Shown here in pieces: positions 27,864 through 37,464 of a DNA stretch of 64,000 nucleotides. The translations under genes were made by a program, and so were the position numbers. Every line of letters starts with the position of its first letter. Position 1 is the stretch's first letter. The notes below the pieces were generated by a model. It saw nothing but the letters and a program-made list of their open reading frames with translations. It did not search any database and had not been told where the DNA came from. The stretch comes from a virus (lineage: Duplodnaviria > Caudoviricetes). Location: the IMG/VR virus record IMGVR_UViG_3300042257_000094, positions 1 to 64,000 of that record, one strand, 5' to 3'.

Positions 27864-28124
27864 ATGAAAAATTTTAGTGTAGAGGATATTCTTAAAGAAG
27901 TGTTTATTGGGAAGAGGATTAAAGAAACTGAATTTGTTCCTGATACTGAAAATGAGCGGGAGTATTACAAGGATAAGTATATGGATTTTCCTTCGTACGG
28001 CAAGAGGGTTATTGGTTGTCGTTTGAAATTTAATGGGGAAGATACTGTAGTTGTTTTGCTGTTTGAAGATTATACTATTTCTGAATTTTATACAAATGAC
28101 ACTTTTACTTTTATGGAGGACTAA
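27864..28124 (+). CDS. hypothetical protein
   Basis: promoter at 27793, AGGAG RBS. Confidence 0.65.
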   Translation: MKNFSVEDILKEVFIGKRIKETEFVPDTENEREYYKDKYMDFPSYGKRVIGCRLKFNGEDTVVVLLFEDYTISEFYTNDTFTFMED

Positions 28125-28125
28125 A

Positions 28126-28320
28126 ATGAGCAATAACAACACAAATTCTGGTGGTATTGGTATTTTCGGACTTCTTGGAGTTCTTTTTGTGGGACTCAAA
28201 CTTACAGGACATATTGATTGGTCTTGGTGGTGGGTAACTTTTCCGTTTTGGGGCGGATTTGCTCTTGTGGTAATGATTATTTTTATCACTGCTCTTATGT
28301 CTTATTTTGTAGAGAGGTAG
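28126..28320 (+). CDS. small membrane protein
   Basis: GGIGIFGLLGVLFVGLKLTGHIDWSWWWV, two TM segments. Confidence 0.7.
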   Translation: MSNNNTNSGGIGIFGLLGVLFVGLKLTGHIDWSWWWVTFPFWGGFALVVMIIFITALMSYFVER

Positions 28321-28325
28321 TTTCC

Positions 28326-28850
28326 ATGCGGCTTTTTTACAAAATTGAGAGAATGTTTGACTACATCCGGTATGATATTCCCTATGGACTTAGAAACCTT
28401 TGGAATTGGTTTCCTGTTATTTGGAATCATCGAAGTTGGGATGCTGTTTTTAGTCTCATGGTTCTTAAAAAGAGTCTCACAGAGGTTAGGGACGCCATAG
28501 AAAGAAACGCGCGACACTTGGGATATGAGAAAAATGTGAGGAGAATGACCGTAGCTATTGAATGTCTGAAAAGGATTCTTGAGGAGGGTGATTTTTCTTA
28601 TACAGATATGGCGTTTGATAAGCATGACGAGAAATGGGGAGAGCTTGAGTTTAGTTTTAAAGATGTTGAGGGGGCTAATGGAAATCTTAGTGAAACGATC
28701 TTTTCTAGAGACAACGTGAATACTAAGGAAGACGAAGAGCAAGAAGAAAAAGAATATAAGTGGTGTTCTGAGAGAGAAAAGAAACTCAGGCAACAAGATA
28801 TTGATATTTTTTTTGATACCATGAAACATTTTAGGAAGTGGTGGGATTGA
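28326..28850 (+). CDS. hypothetical protein
   Basis: GAGG RBS; operon context. Confidence 0.7.
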   Translation: MRLFYKIERMFDYIRYDIPYGLRNLWNWFPVIWNHRSWDAVFSLMVLKKSLTEVRDAIERNARHLGYEKNVRRMTVAIECLKRILEEGDFSYTDMAFDKHDEKWGELEFSFKDVEGANGNLSETIFSRDNVNTKEDEEQEEKEYKWCSEREKKLRQQDIDIFFDTMKHFRKWWD

Positions 28851-28859
28851 GTATAATAT

Positions 28860-29069
28860 ATGCTATACACTGAAGATAGATTTATATGTAATCAATGTGG
28901 ATCTTCTGAGTGGAATATGTTAATGTTACAGGATACCGTTTGGAAAATAATTAGTAAATATAAAAGAGAATTTTTATGTGTCCCTTGTATGGAAAAAAGA
29001 ATGGGAAGAAAATTTAAGGAGTCGGAAATTAAACCAAATTTACTTTGTAATGATCGGTGGTGGAATTGA
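28860..29069 (+). CDS. small zinc-finger protein
   Basis: CNQC..LCVPCMEKRMGR. Confidence 0.6.
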   Translation: MLYTEDRFICNQCGSSEWNMLMLQDTVWKIISKYKREFLCVPCMEKRMGRKFKESEIKPNLLCNDRWWN

Positions 29070-29097
29070 TTATGTTTAGGAAAGTTGGGAGTTAATT

Positions 29098-29883
29098 ATG
29101 AGTGAAATAAATCCAAAGGATGTATCGTGTAAAAAGTGTACTAAATGTGGAGAATTTAAGTCTTTGGATGAGTTCTATAAATCGCCTACAGGAAAATTTA
29201 AAAGGGTTAGTAGATGTAAGGAGTGTTTTAGGCTATATCAAAGGGAATACCAAGAAGAGCTTCGATTAAATAATGAAAAATATAAAGAATATAAAGAATA
29301 TCAAAAAGAATATAGGAAAAATAATTTAGACAGACTTAGGAAACAAAAAGCAGAATGCGCCCGTATATGGCAAAGAAAACCTGCTAAATATACTACATAT
29401 AAAGATAAATTGACTTCTTTAGAATCCCCTAGAAAAGGAGAGGGCGGTATATTAGAGGTCAGGTGTGCAACTTGCCGGGAGTATTTTATTCCTAGTAAAC
29501 AAAATGTACAGAATAGAATAGATTCATTATATAGCAGTAACAGACGAGGGGAGTGCCGTCTTTATTGTTCCGAAGAATGTAAAACCTCTTGCTCTGTATA
29601 TAATCAAAAGAAATATCCAAAAGACTTGACTAAACCTATTAAAAGAGAATATTCTAAAGAATTTCGTGAAATGATTCTTGAAAGAGATGAATATACTTGT
29701 CAAGTTTGTGGTGAGAGGTTTGATTCTAAAGAATTGCAAGCGCACCACATCAACCCTGTTATTTGTTCCCCAATGGAACAAGTAGATATTGAAAACGGAA
29801 TTTGTGTTTGTAAAGAGTGTCATAATAAACTGCATGATCAAGATGGCTGTCGTTATCATGAATTACGGGATACTAAAAAATAA
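29098..29883 (+). CDS. HNH endonuclease, one N-terminal zinc-finger module
   Basis: CTKCGEFK..CKEC; RDEYTCQVCG..AHHINP..NGICVCKECH. Confidence 0.88.
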   Translation: MSEINPKDVSCKKCTKCGEFKSLDEFYKSPTGKFKRVSRCKECFRLYQREYQEELRLNNEKYKEYKEYQKEYRKNNLDRLRKQKAECARIWQRKPAKYTTYKDKLTSLESPRKGEGGILEVRCATCREYFIPSKQNVQNRIDSLYSSNRRGECRLYCSEECKTSCSVYNQKKYPKDLTKPIKREYSKEFREMILERDEYTCQVCGERFDSKELQAHHINPVICSPMEQVDIENGICVCKECHNKLHDQDGCRYHELRDTKK

Positions 29884-30096
29884 ATAAACGATAACTATAT
29901 TAAATCTATTTAATCAGAAAATATTTTTAACACTCATTTTCTAAAAAGAAAATAAGAAAATGGAAAAAATTCTAGCTCGATTATTATTTTCCAACTCACG
30001 CCCAAGCATAAACAAAAATCAAAAAACATCTTGACTTTCATTTCAGTTTGGACTATAAAATATCTCAACAAATCGAAACAAAAAGGAGTTCACAAC

Positions 30097-30291
30097 ATGA
30101 CCAAGAATGAAGTTGTCAAGGTTTTCATGGAAAGAGATGGAATGTCTGAACTGGAAGCACAGGGACTCTTCAATGAGATCATGGATGATGTTCAGAGCAT
30201 GATGGATGAGTGGGATTTCATTGGAGCAGAAGAAGTTTTTATGAGTGAAACCGGACTTGAGCTAGATTATCTTTTGAATGTGTTGATGTAA
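30097..30291 (+). CDS. small acidic protein
   Basis: promoter TTGACT at 30031, AGGAG RBS, terminator downstream. Confidence 0.7.
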   Translation: MTKNEVVKVFMERDGMSELEAQGLFNEIMDDVQSMMDEWDFIGAEEVFMSETGLELDYLLNVLM

Positions 30292-30317
30292 ACGAAAAGA
30301 CAAAACACAACAAAAAG

Positions 30318-30348
30318 AAAAGGAGCTTCATGTCGAGGCTCCTTTTTT
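30318..30348 (+). terminator. intrinsic terminator
   Basis: AAAGGAGCTT..AGGCTCCTTT followed by T-run. Confidence 0.75.
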
Positions 30349-30566
30349 GTGTCTTAATAGTAGGTAAATAGATAGATAAAAAAGAAAAGGCAAGAGGGAT
30401 AAAATCCTTTTGTCTTGTTTTGTATAAGAATATTTTTGTTAGATAATTTTTATTATTTTATATAGACAAATGTAACAAATCGTAAAATGCTTATATAGGA
30501 CTTCAGGGTAATGCGGATTTCGCGCCTAACCCGTGGGGGGCCGGCTCGATTCTAGACTTTCACCGG

Positions 30567-30636
30567 TGATAACCATTCTCAGCCGATATTGAGAATCATT
30601 TTCATTGATAACCATTCTCATTGATTCTCATTTTCA
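30567..30636. promoter_or_regulatory. array of four Fur-box-like 15-mers
   Basis: TGATAACCATTCTCA (twice), TGAGAATCATTTTCA, TGATTCTCATTTTCA versus 7-1-7 consensus TGATAATnATTATCA. Confidence 0.55.
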
Positions 30637-31069
30637 ATTAGAAAAATTGGAATTGAAAAATCGTCGGTATGATATTTTATAGAATATACGATACCTATAT
30701 ACGTTTACATAGTACGGAAAAAACGTAGGTCAAAAAATTGTCACTCTATTTTTTCAAAGATCAATACCTACCAAAATAATGACAAGCTGCGCGGAGGCAT
30801 ATTTTGCGCTCAATGTCAAGCGATGTTATGGCACAAAATGAAAAAAATGTCAAGAAAATTCGGCAAGCATAAAAAGAAATGCTTGTCAAGTATTATTTTC
30901 AAAAAATGATGATTTTTTTTGCCGGCATGCTACATCATATATATAAGCAAAAAATGAGATAAAAAACAAAAAATCTGAAAAAACCTATTGACAACTCCGC
31001 CAGTATTTGAGACAACAAAAACAACGGCAACGGGGAATAAACAAAAAACAAAAAACAGGGAGAATAAAA

Positions 31070-31294
31070 ATGACAAACTTTGCAGCCGCCACTATGACCG
31101 GTCTCCGCCGCAACCTCCGCAACTACTACGGCAAGCGCAACTATCGGATCACGGCAAGCGGCGAGGTGCATTACTACGGCAATCCTATTGACGAGTACGA
31201 CCGCACACATGACTACTGGCATTATTTAGGTCGCGTCGAATATGTCGATAACGCCGTGACAAGGGAACGCGGTACAGTTTGGCGTATTGTATAA
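31070..31294 (+). CDS. early-region hypothetical protein
   Basis: GGGAG RBS before ATG (MTNFAAATM..). Confidence 0.65.
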   Translation: MTNFAAATMTGLRRNLRNYYGKRNYRITASGEVHYYGNPIDEYDRTHDYWHYLGRVEYVDNAVTRERGTVWRIV

Positions 31295-31360
31295 AAAATC
31301 GCTTGACGCGGTAAACCGGATCAGATAGAACAAAAAAAACAAAAAAGAGGAGCCAGGAGA

Positions 31361-31783
31361 ATGCAGAAAAAAATTAACCATATCAAGCGCGAATTGCACG
31401 ATCAGTTTGCACGCTATAATCACGATTTTTCATCGGCAATTGGGTTTTATGTCGACGAACTGACCAAAAAATCTGAAGGATACGACAACGTCGAAGATGT
31501 TATTGCCGACTTTTCCATGGGATGCTCAAGCGGCGTTGTTTCCGGTCTGATTTATTATTCCGATACTATTCGTTTTTTTGAGGAAAATAGGCCGGGAATT
31601 GTTGAACTTTTGTTGGAATTGCAGGACGATACCGGAGAAAATTGGATTAATATTTTCCGCGACATTGACAAAGACGACATTTTTTGCGACGAGCCGCACA
31701 ATAAAAATCAATTGGCGTGGTATCTCTTTGAGGAACTCAATTATCGTGCTGAAATGATTTTGGAAAATACGGGGGAAAATTAA
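31361..31783 (+). CDS. early-region acidic hypothetical protein
   Basis: GCSSGVVSGLIYYSDT..NQLAW motif; AGGAG RBS. Confidence 0.75.
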   Translation: MQKKINHIKRELHDQFARYNHDFSSAIGFYVDELTKKSEGYDNVEDVIADFSMGCSSGVVSGLIYYSDTIRFFEENRPGIVELLLELQDDTGENWINIFRDIDKDDIFCDEPHNKNQLAWYLFEELNYRAEMILENTGEN

Positions 31784-31785
31784 AA

Positions 31786-31896
31786 ATGGAATGGCTCGAC
31801 GACTACGCGAAAGAATTGGAATGTTTTGATGGACTAGACGTTGATTGTCTTGGTTGTTATGAAGCGGAAGAAACGGAAGAAACGGAACAAGAGTAA
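31786..31896 (+). CDS. 36-aa highly acidic mini-protein
   Basis: manual translation MEWLDDYAKELECFDGLDVDCLGCYEAEETEETEQE; fills the gap between two genes. Confidence 0.5.
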   Translation: MEWLDDYAKELECFDGLDVDCLGCYEAEETEETEQE

Positions 31897-31923
31897 TAAC
31901 AGAAAAAACAAGGAGAACAAAAA

Positions 31924-32196
31924 ATGGAACGTAAAAACTATATGCTCAACGGACATAGTGTGTCTCTGAAAACTGCAAGTGATATCAAATGGTACCACCT
32001 TGAAAAAAATCCCGATTCTCACTTTTTCGACCGCGAGACTATGTTATTTTTTGGGGATACTATGGGTAATTTTGGGGTTTATTGGGATGAAAACGGCTAT
32101 CGCTGCATCTATCGCAAAAAACCCGTAAAAAACGGCTTGCGCGGCGGTTTCCGATTGCGTGATGAAGACGGCGATCTCATGCCGATTCGGAAGTAA
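31924..32196 (+). CDS. early-region hypothetical protein
   Basis: AGGAG RBS; HFFDRETMLFFG motif. Confidence 0.7.
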   Translation: MERKNYMLNGHSVSLKTASDIKWYHLEKNPDSHFFDRETMLFFGDTMGNFGVYWDENGYRCIYRKKPVKNGLRGGFRLRDEDGDLMPIRK

Positions 32197-32292
32197 AAAA
32201 TCAATTTTCAGCTTGACAGATGCAGGGCGATTGAAATAATATCGCCTTGCATCGAATGAAGTTAAAAATTAAAAAAACAAGGGGAACAAAAA

Positions 32293-32892
32293 ATGCGTAC
32301 AATCATCAAAGAGACAACGGTTTACAAGTTTGGGGAATTGCCGGACGAATCGCAGAAAAAGGCGTTGGATAACTACAGGGATATTAATGTCGATTATCCT
32401 GATTGGGATGATTATGTGATCGAATACTGGCAGGAAAAACTGGCAAGCATCGGTTTTGATGACGTTGAGATACAATACTCCGGCTTCTGGTCACAAGGAG
32501 ACGGCGCAAGTTTTACGGCCGATGTTGATTTTTTGAACCTCCTGCCTACGTATATTGATTATGCATTGGAACCTAACAGCAAACAAGCAAAAAGGTTGAT
32601 CGCGCTTGCCCTGGCCGGATACTTTGATGGAGCGTGGAAAATTGAAAGAATGTCTTATCATTACATGCATGAAAATACAATATCCTGCTCCGAAACATAT
32701 GGGCTTGATTGCCTTGTAAATAATGAGATACTCAATATTGAGCAAAATATCACGGACCTTGCGCGGCACTATTCGCGGGAAGTATACGCAAGCCTTGAAA
32801 AAGAATACGATTTTTTGACAAGTGATGAATCGGTAAAAAGAGCATTGATCATCAACGGATATGAATTTACACTTGACGGAAAGATTTATTAA
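32293..32892 (+). CDS. early-region hypothetical protein
   Basis: YSGFWSQGDGASF and LEKEYDFLTSDE motifs; strong RBS. Confidence 0.75.
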   Translation: MRTIIKETTVYKFGELPDESQKKALDNYRDINVDYPDWDDYVIEYWQEKLASIGFDDVEIQYSGFWSQGDGASFTADVDFLNLLPTYIDYALEPNSKQAKRLIALALAGYFDGAWKIERMSYHYMHENTISCSETYGLDCLVNNEILNIEQNITDLARHYSREVYASLEKEYDFLTSDESVKRALIINGYEFTLDGKIY

Positions 32893-32909
32893 AACAAGGA
32901 GAACAAAAA

Positions 32910-33470
32910 ATGAAAATCACTATCAATGCCAATGTTTTTTACGCCGTAGCATGTTTTTGCAGCGATGACGACGCGATGGAGGCGGTTACTTGTGTCCATG
33001 TGACACAAGATGCAATCCAGGCCACCAATGGATACGCTGCAATGCGATATACAAGACAAGACGGGGAACCTATTTTTTCGGACCGTGAATATCTGATCAA
33101 GCCCGATAAAAAAGTATTAACCAAGGCAAAACAAGAAAAGGCATTACACATGTGCGTGGATGAAGAAAACACACTCACGGTACTGGACAAGCACGGTAAA
33201 ATCATGATACAACAAAAAAATGCTTTGCGCGATTGGCAATTTCCGAACATGCAACATATATGGTCTTTTTTACAAAACGGACCGGTTGATATGCAATATG
33301 TTCCGGTGTTCTCAAAAATGTTGGAATTGATCGCAAAGCCGTTCCCGCACGAAAATGAACCCGTCAAAATCACATCAACCGGAGATGAAAAGCCGTTGAT
33401 AGTTGAATATATCTATCAACCGCGATATGATTGCCTTGTGATGCCAGTTTATCTTCCCGCCACGGAATAG
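32910..33470 (+). CDS. truncated DNA polymerase III beta-clamp-like protein
   Basis: ATNGY resembles ATDGH, FPNM resembles FPDY, terminal LVMPV resembles the DnaN C-terminus; about half of DnaN length. Confidence 0.55.
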   Translation: MKITINANVFYAVACFCSDDDAMEAVTCVHVTQDAIQATNGYAAMRYTRQDGEPIFSDREYLIKPDKKVLTKAKQEKALHMCVDEENTLTVLDKHGKIMIQQKNALRDWQFPNMQHIWSFLQNGPVDMQYVPVFSKMLELIAKPFPHENEPVKITSTGDEKPLIVEYIYQPRYDCLVMPVYLPATE

Positions 33471-35006
33471 CAAGAAAAAACAAAAAATCTTTTCCCGATA
33501 TCCTGACTATAACAAAACCTCTTGCCACAAACGACAAGGGGTTTTTTCATATTCATTGATTGAAAATGAAAATTAATATCAAAAAAAAGCACAAGCAAAG
33601 AGACAATACAAAGCACGCAACCAACCAGCACCAAACAACACCTATATACGCCCGTTCCCGGCGTTCTAAGGCGTTTTAAGTGATTCCTGATATATGGACA
33701 AGGGAAAGTGTGCAAAATGGATTCTGGGCGTATTTGCGGGCGATTTATGGGGCATGGGATGGATATGAGGAGCAAAGAGGCGGGAAAGCGGATCATATAA
33801 GGTAGGTGAGACTGAAAATCGTTATCAATTATAAAACGATGGGCATATAATGGATATATAATGAGTATAGCAGTATTCATGCGAGCACGCCTATTCCAAT
33901 AGCATATTTGATAAAAAATAAAAAATCCTAGAATCGGTATAAAAAAGATACTGTTGCAAAATGCAACACTTGTGCAAAAAGTTGCATTATCAATTTTTCT
34001 GATAGTAATCATCAAAAAAACTGATAATGCGTTTTGGGTATGATGATTATATAAGACCATACCCAAAACGCCCAAGCGATTGATATTCCTAGCTCATTTT
34101 TCCACGTCAATTCTAGCTTCCTGGCAAATAGTGGGTATGCCCGTACTATTCACCCATATTGCCAGGTTCTGATAGGCACGGGCAAGCCGGGAACCCTATT
34201 AATACGTTTACTGGATACCGCCTTGTACACATGGTCATAGGTGGCTATCAGGATATAATGAGTGATAATATCAAAGGATAGCAGGCAGTTACCTTGCTAG
34301 TGTGCCAGTATAGGAAGGCAGGCAATCAATATAGCCAGACCTATGGGACCATAAATATCTGATATAATTGGGATTTTGCTAGTTGAGAATGAGAATCAAC
34401 TACCCCACCCCCCTCCTTTGAATCTATACCTCCCCGGTAGGAAATATGGAGATAGGGACACCACCACATTTCTCCAGCAAATTTTTGAAATATTAGGAAT
34501 GGGGTGGTTATGTTCTTCTTGACATTTCCCACAATATACCTTATGATTTCAACTTATCTGGACAAGGTGGTTTAGATCTATTTCATGGTATTTTATATTA
34601 TTAGAACAAGGTGAAACAACAAAGGAGCTTATTTCAGGTTAATTAAAAAAGTTAAAACAGCAGGGGGATGTTAATTAAATAATTAGACTTTTTTAAATAA
34701 CACCACAAAAAACCAATCGTGTTACGGGAACGTGTTACGCAAATTCCGAAATCCCCTAGGGAGAGCAAAAATTAAAAGTGAGTGATACCAACGGTTTTGT
34801 AAAATTGCTGAGTTGCTGCATTTTTTGCAATATCTCAATTCGTGTGCAATGAGTGCTACTTTTTTATAAAAACGTGTTACATAATAGAGGTAACGAAGTT
34901 CAAATCCTTCTGTTTTATTGAATCACTTGACAAAATTAAATCTATATGCTAGGCTCTGCTCTAGTTAATGGATAGTATTTTGAAATCTAAAAAGAAGGAG
35001 AAGAAA

Positions 35007-35339
35007 ATGTTTGGTTATAGAATTATTTCAGATGAAGAGCTTGCTATCTTAAAGTACGAAAAATATGGAGCAGGTAGATATGTAGAGCAACTTAAAAAAG
35101 AGAATGAGATGTTACGGAACAAGGTGGATGTGTTGGAAAAAACCATTCACAAATATATGGAGGAAGAGGGGGAGGAAGCCCTTTGCGATCCTGAAATCAT
35201 GGGATGGGAAGAATCAAGTCCTTGCGATAACTGTAGGAATCATCATGATATAATTTTTGTACAGGAGGGAGACATAACCAATGAAATTTGTAATGAATGT
35301 GAAATGCCTGAAATGACAAATTGGGAACCCTGCGAATAG
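35007..35339 (+). CDS. hypothetical protein
   Basis: promoter at 34927; AGGAG RBS; C-terminal Cys pairs. Confidence 0.65.
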   Translation: MFGYRIISDEELAILKYEKYGAGRYVEQLKKENEMLRNKVDVLEKTIHKYMEEEGEEALCDPEIMGWEESSPCDNCRNHHDIIFVQEGDITNEICNECEMPEMTNWEPCE

Positions 35340-35360
35340 AAAAAAGAAGGAGAAATAGAA

Positions 35361-35768
35361 ATGGATTTCAAGAAAAATGATCGAGTTGTGAATGTTGCGA
35401 CAGGGGATGTTGCTCGGTTTGAAGAGGAATTGTCTGGAGGTTTATGTCTCGTATATGTTATCGATTATACGGGACGTAAGGTTCGGCTCGGGTGGGATAA
35501 GACGTTCATTCGTGAATTCTACGAGGAGCATAAGCAGCCTGAAGAGTTTGCGCCTACGGAAGAAGATGGGCGAAAAGGAACATATAAGTTTCATGTGAGT
35601 TTTTATTTGAGCATCGGTGTTAGGGTTGCTTATGGCTCCGATACTATGACTTCTGATTCCCCAGAAGTTTGTGAAGAGGATATCGAGTACTTTATTAGAA
35701 CAAAAGAAGAATACTTTGGTAAAGGCTCACGGGTGGTTGTTCTTAACATCATCCCGCTTGCTATTTAG
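35361..35768 (+). CDS. hypothetical protein
   Basis: AGGAG RBS. Confidence 0.65.
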   Translation: MDFKKNDRVVNVATGDVARFEEELSGGLCLVYVIDYTGRKVRLGWDKTFIREFYEEHKQPEEFAPTEEDGRKGTYKFHVSFYLSIGVRVAYGSDTMTSDSPEVCEEDIEYFIRTKEEYFGKGSRVVVLNIIPLAI

Positions 35769-35773
35769 GAGAT

Positions 35774-35995
35774 TTGAAAATGAATGTGAAATGGCGAAGA
35801 GTTGGAAGCGAGATTCCAAAGATGGACCACGCACTTCTTTGCAAAGGTGAACTGTCTAAATCCCCGATTATTGCGTGGTATGATTTAGGAAGCGACATGT
35901 TCTATAACTGTCATAACTTCCCGGTAAAAGCATCCCACTTTGTTTATATACTTGATGTGTTTGATGCAATTAATGAGAATGGGGGGCACGAATGA
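35774..35995 (+). CDS. hypothetical protein
   Basis: operon packing. Confidence 0.55.
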   Translation: MKMNVKWRRVGSEIPKMDHALLCKGELSKSPIIAWYDLGSDMFYNCHNFPVKASHFVYILDVFDAINENGGHE

Positions 35996-36216
35996 AAGAG
36001 GACACGGTAGAACACAGATTTACCTATCAGCGGCAGGAAGCCTTTGAGCAAATGATTGATGTATTGGTAGCAAAAGTGGAACCTCTTGATGCGCCAGAAC
36101 TTAGAAGTGTGTATGTGGACCGAGGGATGCGAATCATGTTGCTCAAAAGAGATAAGATTGCAGAAGAAACTTATGATGCTGAAACCAAAAAATATGAATG
36201 GAGGATTCTGATTTGA
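35992..36216 (+). CDS. hypothetical protein
   Basis: ATGA overlap. Confidence 0.6.
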   Translation: MKEDTVEHRFTYQRQEAFEQMIDVLVAKVEPLDAPELRSVYVDRGMRIMLLKRDKIAEETYDAETKKYEWRILI

Positions 36217-36217
36217 A

Positions 36218-37201
36218 ATGGCCCAATCTCTTGGTGAATTTGTAGAAGATATCGTCGGCGATTATTTTATCAACGATGATGAATATTTTGAATCAAAATA
36301 TCTTTTTGATTTTGATGAAGAAGAGGAGTGGGACGATGCGGGCGAGTTTGAAAAATTGTCTGCCCCCTCCTATTCTCCTTCTGTGTGTTCTATTGATTAT
36401 TGTGATAAAGAGGCCAATGAGAGTGGGTTCTGTGAATATCACCGAAAACTGGCTGAAGCAGGAATCATATTTGAAACCAGAAAACAAGAGACGAATTACT
36501 TTCGATCTTTTCAACCAAAAAAAGAAAAAGAAAAAAAGAACCGTTGCATAATCCCGGGCTGCCCCCAAGTTACCAAAACAAACTATCGAGTTCTTTGTCC
36601 AAGACATCACAGAGAAGTTGTAAAATATGGGCACACGATAACAGAAGGATTGGGTAGACATAGAGTATTCATTTATAAAAATAAAAAACGGAACCTGAAC
36701 TTTGGGGAAGTCGTTGTATATAGACCACAAATAAATGATTTTGTTTCTCTGATATTAGACTACCCATTCTACCACGAGGTTAGGCGATCCAAAATACTTT
36801 TTCTTGAACATGGTGTGCCGTGGATAATACAGAAAAGGGGAAAGAAGAAAAAGATAGCGAACCATGTGTTAGGTCTTGCTAATAAACATATTGTGTTTTA
36901 TAATAACAAAAATATATATGACTTGAGAGCTAGTAACCTGAAACCAATGGATAAGTTCAAGTTTGATTTTATAGATTGGAGCGCAAATAATTGGCTTAAA
37001 AATCATTCTTATATCCACTATGAAAAAAGTTCGCGGCACTGGTGTGTTGAAATGTTCGCTAATCTTCCGGAATCAAGGGTAAGAAGATATTTTAAAACAA
37101 AAAAAGAAGCAAAAATATTTAGAAACCTGGTCATAGAAGCGGTCTATGGAAAAGATATATTTTATTTAATACGAAAATATAAGAAAGGTGGATTTATTTA
37201 A
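36218..37201 (+). CDS. degenerate HNH-AP2 family DNA-binding protein with acidic N-terminus
   Basis: VFYNNKNIYDLRASNL (HNH_3-like, lacking His); C-terminal YIHYEKSSRHWCVE..RYFKTKKEA (AP2-like). Confidence 0.55.
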   Translation: MAQSLGEFVEDIVGDYFINDDEYFESKYLFDFDEEEEWDDAGEFEKLSAPSYSPSVCSIDYCDKEANESGFCEYHRKLAEAGIIFETRKQETNYFRSFQPKKEKEKKNRCIIPGCPQVTKTNYRVLCPRHHREVVKYGHTITEGLGRHRVFIYKNKKRNLNFGEVVVYRPQINDFVSLILDYPFYHEVRRSKILFLEHGVPWIIQKRGKKKKIANHVLGLANKHIVFYNNKNIYDLRASNLKPMDKFKFDFIDWSANNWLKNHSYIHYEKSSRHWCVEMFANLPESRVRRYFKTKKEAKIFRNLVIEAVYGKDIFYLIRKYKKGGFI

Positions 37202-37464
37202 TGAAAAAACTAAAAAAACTAAAAAAACTAAAAAATATAAAAGAGACAGTTGGGATGCTGGGAGGAAGTGGAGATCGATTCACATGTGTTTGGTGGAAAA
37301 GGCCGTTTGTGTTTCCCATCTATATTTATTGTTTTATTTATACACAGTTCTTTTGGATCTATCACATGGTGAATTTCCTCTTGTTTGGTGATATGTCGAT
37401 CTTTGATGTGGAAGACGCCGCCGGTGACATACGTACAGGGGGTGAGAGCAATGACTATGAATAA
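37201..37464 (+). CDS. hypothetical membrane protein
   Basis: hydrophobic central segment; operon packing. Confidence 0.45.
   Translation: MKKLKKLKKLKNIKETVGMLGGSGDRFTCVWWKRPFVFPIYIYCFIYTQFFWIYHMVNFLLFGDMSIFDVEDAAGDIRTGGESNDYE

Noticed and set aside
33449-34075. 208-aa minus-strand ORF
   Set aside because: Opposes local transcription, has low-complexity composition and crosses a palindrome-rich tract; probably spurious
34718-34894. matS-like sites
   Set aside because: Only half-sites (GTTAC) without the correctly spaced palindrome
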